Below are positions 58,582 to 64,000 of a DNA stretch of 64,000 nucleotides, piece by piece. The stretch comes from Acidobacteriota bacterium (lineage in GTDB: Bacteria > Acidobacteriota > UBA6911): NCBI GenBank assembly GCA_963664705.1, contig OY761556.1, positions 5,792,001-5,856,000 on the forward strand. Direction: 5' to 3'. The translations under genes were made by a program, and so were the position numbers. The notes beneath the pieces were generated by a model. It searched no databases. It was not told the DNA's origin and saw only the letters and a program-made list of their open reading frames with translations. The stretch's first letter is position 1. The number at the start of each line of letters is the position of its first letter.

Positions 58582-59580
58582 ATGAAACGCCTCGGGATTG
58601 CGTTGATACTATGGACATCATTAATGGCTCCTTCCTTCCTGCAAGCAGCGCAGACTTGTGACCGGCAGTGCCTGGTCACCGTAATGAAAGATTACCTGGC
58701 GGCACTGGTCGCTCACAATCCGTCAGCGGTGCCATTTGATCAGTATGTCAAATTCACTCAAAACACAGCCAATATCCCTGTTGGATACGGTTTATGGGAA
58801 ACGGCCTCCGGTGGACCATCGGAATTTCAGGTATATGCCGCGGATCCTGTGAATCAGCAGGTGGCAGGACTTTTCATGATGAAAGAGAACAAAAAAAACA
58901 TACTGCTTGGAGTTCGTCTGGCTCTCAAACGCGGAAAAATCGCGGAAGCCGAACATCACATAGTTCCGGAGAATGAAATACATCTACAGAACTTGGTTAA
59001 GCCTCGACCCGGGCTTGTGGAAGATATCTCGCCCGAAGAGAGGACGCCCAGGGAACAGATGTTCGATATCGGGCTCTCCTACTATGACGCTTTGACTGGT
59101 GAGGACGGGACGCTCGCACCATTTGCCCCGGAATGTCAACGCCGCGAGAATGGGGGCATTTCGGTAGGTGGAAAGAAAGAGGCGCCTGAAGCAACGCCGG
59201 CGAAGAGAGACTTTGCCCCACCCGAGGCAGTGGACCCGGAAATGATGAAACTGGGCAAAGCTCTTTCGCTTGTGCCCAATACGTGTGAGGGACAGATTAC
59301 GGCGGGAGTATGGGCCTATATCTCCGAAATCCGAAATCGACGTTTGCTTGTAATAGATGAACAGAAAGGACTGGCTGTTGGATTTTCCAATCTTTATCAC
59401 GACAGCAAACTAAAAACAATGAAGCTCAAGGGAATCCCGGGAGTGGAGAGCGTGCCGGCTTACCAGGGAACCTTCAATATGCCCGCCATTCACTTTTTCA
59501 AAATCAGAAAAGGCAAGATTTACGATATTGAAGCAACCGGTCTTGTACTGCCCTACGGAACCAAAACCGGCTGGGAATAG
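58582..59580 (+). CDS. Secreted uncharacterised protein, 'ENG' family paralogue D
   Basis: CDRQCL..YLAALVAHNP, GYGLWETA, PFAPECQRRENG, HFFKIRKGKIYDIEA, TGWE. Confidence 0.75.
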   Translation: MKRLGIALILWTSLMAPSFLQAAQTCDRQCLVTVMKDYLAALVAHNPSAVPFDQYVKFTQNTANIPVGYGLWETASGGPSEFQVYAADPVNQQVAGLFMMKENKKNILLGVRLALKRGKIAEAEHHIVPENEIHLQNLVKPRPGLVEDISPEERTPREQMFDIGLSYYDALTGEDGTLAPFAPECQRRENGGISVGGKKEAPEATPAKRDFAPPEAVDPEMMKLGKALSLVPNTCEGQITAGVWAYISEIRNRRLLVIDEQKGLAVGFSNLYHDSKLKTMKLKGIPGVESVPAYQGTFNMPAIHFFKIRKGKIYDIEATGLVLPYGTKTGWE

Positions 59581-59588
59581 AACCATCC

Positions 59589-59686
59589 AAAAACGCCACT
59601 AATTCCACGAATGGTCACGAATGGCTTCCCGCCCCGCCCCGCAACATTCGGATTCATTCGTGTAATTAGTGGCGTTTTTCAAGCTG
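59589..59686. repeat. Palindromic REP/MITE-like element, copy 2
   Basis: AAAAACGCCACTAATT ... AATTAGTGGCGTTTTTCAAGCTG, with the same internal core and orientation as 8588-8686. Confidence 0.8.
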
Positions 59687-59735
59687 GTTTCATGACACAT
59701 GCTTTGGCGAAGTGCTTTATTCAGGAGACGAGCGA

Positions 59736-61526
59736 ATGAATACTCCCATGCATCGATTTAAGTACACAAAACTCACCAAAGAACAAATCGCCTCAAGGCT
59801 TGTCCGGACTGAGACCGGTCCGGAATGTGTTTCCGGATTCTCGGATATTCTGGTAGGGAAATCGCTCAAAATCGTAACCGACGACGGACCTGTTTTGAGC
59901 TACAGCTTTAAAGATAAAAACAGGCTCACGTTCTCCGAAAACGGCGGTGCATCGATCGAAGCGGGCTATGGATCGCTGACGCTGAAGCAGATGGTTTTCT
60001 TTTCCCACATGGTGCCTAAAACTCTGAAGGGGTACAACGTCTTTGTCGATCTCGACAGCAACTTGGTCACGATATTTGAAGTATGGTTCGGCGGAGGCAA
60101 AGACGGCCAGGGCCAGGTTCTGGACGACAGGGAGGTTCAGCGCCAGTTATATTTCGGCTACGTTGAGGTGGCCGGCAAGGAGATTCCAAAAGCGCGCCAT
60201 CACACGACCAACAGGATTGAAGGCAAAGGCATATACTGGAAGCAGGACACAGGCATCGAGACGCTGGAATTCTACCCTTCGGTTATATCATCAAATTTCG
60301 TTGAACTGACACGGCAGATTGACGACCTCAGCTACTGCAGCCCGTCGGACTACATTCTTATAGACGACAACCTGTTTATTTACGACAGGACTGAATGTGA
60401 ACTTTCCGGAATTATGACGATGTATGCGGTGGATCTATTCACCGAAACCCAGGTAGGCATGCGGCTCGGTTTTAATGAGAAGGACAAGCTTGAATACTAT
60501 ATGTTCCGGGGGACAGGCAAAGTTGTCGGGCATCTGACACGGCTCGAGCCATTTAATGAACATGGCAAAAAGATCAATCTTGGCATGGGCCCCAAACCCC
60601 AGGCGAATATGGCCGCACCGACTCCGAAAGGCCAGAGAACTGCATACAGGCCGGCGAGGACTTTTCCGAAAATGAATGAAGAAGAAATGCATCAGGCCGC
60701 GGAAAAAGCCACCATCGCTTTTCCGTGGGATCCCGACTCCTCGAAAGCGCCATTAAGCGTAATGTCGCCCAACACTCCGCCGCTGAGCCATCTCCTGGCA
60801 GGCAAGGAATTCACGCTCCGCTATGACAACGATGGCCCGGTCTGGGAATATAGGGTGGTCGATAAAAAGACTCTCCATTGGCGGAATAAGGGCGATTCAC
60901 AGTGGCACCAGGAAACCTACCGTGCGTTTGAAGCCGATGAAAAGCTGGTGTTTTTTGCCCACATGCACGGCGGAAGCAGGCCCCGCGCCAGTGTGAAAAT
61001 CGCCCTGGACTTGCTCAACGGGCTTACTACTTGCGTTCTCTCGAGAATGGGTACGGAGTATTACGGGAACGAGGTTTCCTATCGAGCCCTCTTCGGTACC
61101 GCCGAAATGGATGGGCTGGAAGTGCCGAAGTACATACGCCATGAATTTACGGACGAACTGGTGGGTCGCGGGTTTACCAGATCCTGGTCGGACATTACGA
61201 CATCCATGCATCTGTACACCACGCCCCATTCCGCCGCGTGGACAATCTACACGGAAGACCAGACCCTCGGTTTGCAATGGTGCGCCCCGTGCATTTACGT
61301 AAAGCTCCGGGATGGCGTATTCATTTTCAACCTGATGGAGGAAGCCTGCGACGGCATTGAGACCTGTATCGTAATAAACGAGAAAACGATGCGTGTCTGC
61401 GGATTCGAGTACGAAGGCGGCAGCCGCGGGGTGGAGCTCACCGTGGTCGGGTCTATTGCGCGCCCTATCGGATCCTATGACGTAAAACATTTCTTTGGGC
61501 CGGGGGCGAAGAGATACGGAGCATAG
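59736..61526 (+). CDS. Tandem MoaF-like (calycin/phenolic acid decarboxylase-like fold) protein
   Basis: Internal repeat: ILVGKSLKIVTDDGPVLSYSFKD versus LLAGKEFTLRYDNDGPVWEYRVVD, and RHHTTNRIEGK versus RHEFTDELVGR. C-terminal YVKLRDGVFIFNLMEE. Confidence 0.6.
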   Translation: MNTPMHRFKYTKLTKEQIASRLVRTETGPECVSGFSDILVGKSLKIVTDDGPVLSYSFKDKNRLTFSENGGASIEAGYGSLTLKQMVFFSHMVPKTLKGYNVFVDLDSNLVTIFEVWFGGGKDGQGQVLDDREVQRQLYFGYVEVAGKEIPKARHHTTNRIEGKGIYWKQDTGIETLEFYPSVISSNFVELTRQIDDLSYCSPSDYILIDDNLFIYDRTECELSGIMTMYAVDLFTETQVGMRLGFNEKDKLEYYMFRGTGKVVGHLTRLEPFNEHGKKINLGMGPKPQANMAAPTPKGQRTAYRPARTFPKMNEEEMHQAAEKATIAFPWDPDSSKAPLSVMSPNTPPLSHLLAGKEFTLRYDNDGPVWEYRVVDKKTLHWRNKGDSQWHQETYRAFEADEKLVFFAHMHGGSRPRASVKIALDLLNGLTTCVLSRMGTEYYGNEVSYRALFGTAEMDGLEVPKYIRHEFTDELVGRGFTRSWSDITTSMHLYTTPHSAAWTIYTEDQTLGLQWCAPCIYVKLRDGVFIFNLMEEACDGIETCIVINEKTMRVCGFEYEGGSRGVELTVVGSIARPIGSYDVKHFFGPGAKRYGA

Positions 61527-61599
61527 TTCTCCATATCCGGAGGGCTGACTCTAGGGCTGCAGTTTCTGTTCATGCATCTATTTTCTGGAGGATTCAAAG

Positions 61600-62652
61600 A
61601 TGAAGCGATTTGCACTCTATTTACTGACGGCTGGCTTTGCGGCATTGATATGTGCTGCGGCTGCAAATGCTCAGGCAGGAGAAGGCGGTTGCACCCGCAA
61701 AGATCTTTCCCAAATATCGGACAGGTACTTTGTGTCCATTCGGGAACACAACACATCCGATCTGCCACTCGCTTCCACCGCGAAATTCACCGAAAACGGC
61801 GTCAAAATGGACGTTGGAAAAGGCTTTTGGGAAACAGCAGGCAACCCTTTGCTCAGACGAACGTTGATCGATACAAAGAAATGTGTTGTCGCTACCATCG
61901 GGGTAATAGAAGAGCCATTCAGCTCCAAAACTGTTGGAGGATCCTCCCAAGGCGCTAGAGGTGGCCCCGCCAGCGCCGGTATGACGGGCGGAGGCGGCGG
62001 AAGATCAGGCGCGGGAGCCCCCGGCGGTCCCGGCGGCGGACTCGGTGCTATGTTTGGTGGACCGAAAACATTGCCCGCAGAAGGCGCCATCCGGCCGATC
62101 CTGTTCTCTGCTCGGCTTAAAGTCGAAAAAGGCAAAATCACCGAAATTGAAACGATTGTGGCGCGCGAGCGCGACTTTGCCTTCAACGCAGAAAATGTGC
62201 TGAAAACAAAGGACCAGGACTGGGAGACGATTCTTCCGACCGAGAAACGAGCATCGCGCAAGGTGCTGGCAGATGCAGCCAATCATTATTTTGATCTGTT
62301 CGCAAGTAACTCGACAGTCAGCGTCCCATTTGCAGAAGTGTGTGATCGCTGGGAAAACGGCCTGCAAACGACAGCATCAAATCACGATTGTTCGCCGGTG
62401 ACTTTCAGGAATCAAACCAAGACCAGCATTAACCATGGGCCGCGGCGCGTATGGGTCGATACTGAAAAAGGCCTTGCCATCGCATTCATGACTTTTGGCG
62501 GCGGCGCGTCCGCGAATGAGGAAAATCCTACAGGGAGAGGTCTGGTCGATTGCCACATATTCAGGATGAGAGACGGCAAAGTGGATCTGATATTGGCAAC
62601 CGTCGGACCCAATGCCGCCTCCATGGGCTGGCCTCTTGAGCCGATCGATTAG
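61600..62652 (+). CDS. Secreted uncharacterised protein, 'ENG' family paralogue E (Gly-rich insert)
   Basis: CTRKDL..RYF..EHN, FTENG..GKGFWETA, RLKVEKGKITEIET, PFAEVCDRWENG, HIFRM..G, MGW. Confidence 0.75.
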   Translation: MKRFALYLLTAGFAALICAAAANAQAGEGGCTRKDLSQISDRYFVSIREHNTSDLPLASTAKFTENGVKMDVGKGFWETAGNPLLRRTLIDTKKCVVATIGVIEEPFSSKTVGGSSQGARGGPASAGMTGGGGGRSGAGAPGGPGGGLGAMFGGPKTLPAEGAIRPILFSARLKVEKGKITEIETIVARERDFAFNAENVLKTKDQDWETILPTEKRASRKVLADAANHYFDLFASNSTVSVPFAEVCDRWENGLQTTASNHDCSPVTFRNQTKTSINHGPRRVWVDTEKGLAIAFMTFGGGASANEENPTGRGLVDCHIFRMRDGKVDLILATVGPNAASMGWPLEPID

Positions 62653-62895
62653 CAGGGAACCGCGAGGCGGACCCTTGGGGTGTCAAATCCAGAGGCTACA
62701 TCTCGCGAAGCCTTGAGGGTCTCCTTTTATTTTGAGTTTTTGGTTCCATATTAGGATCCATAGCAAATTGGTATCGATAACTTGATGTCCTTTAAAAGTT
62801 GGCATCGATGAGGTGACTGGCGTCTTTGGGGGACACATTGCCTCATTATCACCCTCCCTTTCTCAAAAAGCTAAAGCCCAAAAAGGAATACATAA

Positions 62896-64000
62896 ATGAC
62901 GACGGACTCAACCAACCCTGGCTTTACATCAGATTACCTTGCTCGTGAGAAGCGCGTTAGTGATGCCTTTGCACTGAAAAAACCCGACCGCGTGCCGGTC
63001 GTGCCGTTGATTATTCATTTCTATCCAAACCGAGTTACGGGAGTCAGCAACAAGGAAGCCATGTACGACCCTGCCAAGGCCCACGCGGCCAGAAAGGAGG
63101 TTACGGTCCGCCACAATTGGGATGGCACCACCGCTGGTGAACTTTTTCCGGGCAAAATACTTGAGCTTTTGGGCGACAAACAGCTTGCCTGGCCCGGAGG
63201 CACCCTTGCGGACCATCTTCCCTTTCAATTTGTCGAAGGGGAGTACATGAAACCGAATGAATATGATGAGATGCTTGCCGATCCCAATATATTTGCTTTA
63301 ACAAAACTATTGCCCCAGGTATCAACGACGCTGGTACCTCTTCTGGATCTCGCACAGACGCTTAAAATGATTCCCCTTATTACTCAGATCAATGGTCAAG
63401 GGCTTCCTTTCCTGGCAGGAATGCTTTGTGCCCAACCACCGGTCTTGGATGCACTTGAGAAACTTGTCGCGGTTGGCAAAGAATTTGGAAAAGTAATGCA
63501 CGCCAATAGATCCTATGCGCAGGAAATGGCCCAACTCGGGTTCCCTCTGCTGTGGTCTGCCGTCACGTACTGCGCCTACGACATGGTTTCTGATTATCTG
63601 AGAGGCATGAAAGGCTCCATGCTCGACATGTTTAGAGCGCCCGATAAATTGCTTAAAGCCGTTGAGGCCATTATTCCACTGACAATTCAAAGTTCTATCG
63701 CCCAAGCCCAAATGAGCGGCAATAAAAGGGTCTTCATCCCGCTGCACCGTGGGGCCGGCGGCTTCATGAATGATAAGCAGTTCGAAAAATTCTATTGGCC
63801 TGGCCTAAAGGCGCTCCTTCTGGGTCTGGTCAACGCAGGTCTCACTCCTATTCCTTTCTTTGAAGGCAACTACACACCGCGAGTGAAATTTTTGAAAGAA
63901 CTTCCTCCAGGAAAAGTTGTCGGCAAATTCGACATTATGGACCGCAAGCTCTTTAAGAAGGAATTAGCCGATGTCATGTGTTTCTGGGGCAATGTCCCCT
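62896..64000 (+). CDS. Uroporphyrinogen decarboxylase/MtaA-CmuA methyltransferase family protein (partial, runs off the window)
   Basis: Read directly from the sequence: MTTDS...REKRV.DA..LKKPDRVPV...EYMKPNEYD...AYD..SDYLRGMKG..LDM..PDKL...FIPLHRG..GFM..QFEKFYWP...PFFEG. No stop before the window end. Confidence 0.85.
   Translation, partial: MTTDSTNPGFTSDYLAREKRVSDAFALKKPDRVPVVPLIIHFYPNRVTGVSNKEAMYDPAKAHAARKEVTVRHNWDGTTAGELFPGKILELLGDKQLAWPGGTLADHLPFQFVEGEYMKPNEYDEMLADPNIFALTKLLPQVSTTLVPLLDLAQTLKMIPLITQINGQGLPFLAGMLCAQPPVLDALEKLVAVGKEFGKVMHANRSYAQEMAQLGFPLLWSAVTYCAYDMVSDYLRGMKGSMLDMFRAPDKLLKAVEAIIPLTIQSSIAQAQMSGNKRVFIPLHRGAGGFMNDKQFEKFYWPGLKALLLGLVNAGLTPIPFFEGNYTPRVKFLKELPPGKVVGKFDIMDRKLFKKELADVMCFWGNVP

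Overview
A 64 kb, gene-dense bacterial window. The style of the secreted proteins, a TonB-receptor C-terminal remnant and two ECF sigma/Ser-Thr kinase pairs suggest an anaerobic or facultative Acidobacteriota-like organism (inference). I recognised no rRNA, tRNA, CRISPR array, transposase or integrase. The main theme appears to be plant polyphenol and ester catabolism. (i) At 8.7-13.1 kb a NodD-like LysR regulator is divergent from an operon encoding a PhlG/phloretin-hydrolase-like C-C hydrolase, a 2x[4Fe-4S] ferredoxin and an SdhA/AprA-type flavoprotein fused in frame to a second PhlG-like domain. This is the best candidate for an undescribed system. (ii) At 39-45.5 kb a divergent cluster (SDR, cyclase, 3-hydroxyacyl-CoA dehydrogenase-like protein, DUF849 cleavage enzyme, CoA-transferase A/B, cupin, IclR) matches the gene set of anaerobic phloroglucinol degradation. 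(iii) There are many secreted hydrolases: a tannase/feruloyl esterase, a GH43 and three paralogous double-domain esterases. Five paralogues of an uncharacterised secreted 'CDRxCL...RxENG...GW' family are also present. Other content: an aldehyde:ferredoxin oxidoreductase, a patatin-Omp85 protein, an Hsp20/Hsp20/DnaJ cluster, a UGSC-like fusion protein, a tandem MoaF-like protein, two copies of a ~95-bp palindromic element, gene remnants, and an exact 57-bp intergenic copy of part of the AOR gene. All family assignments come from motif recognition by eye, not database searches.
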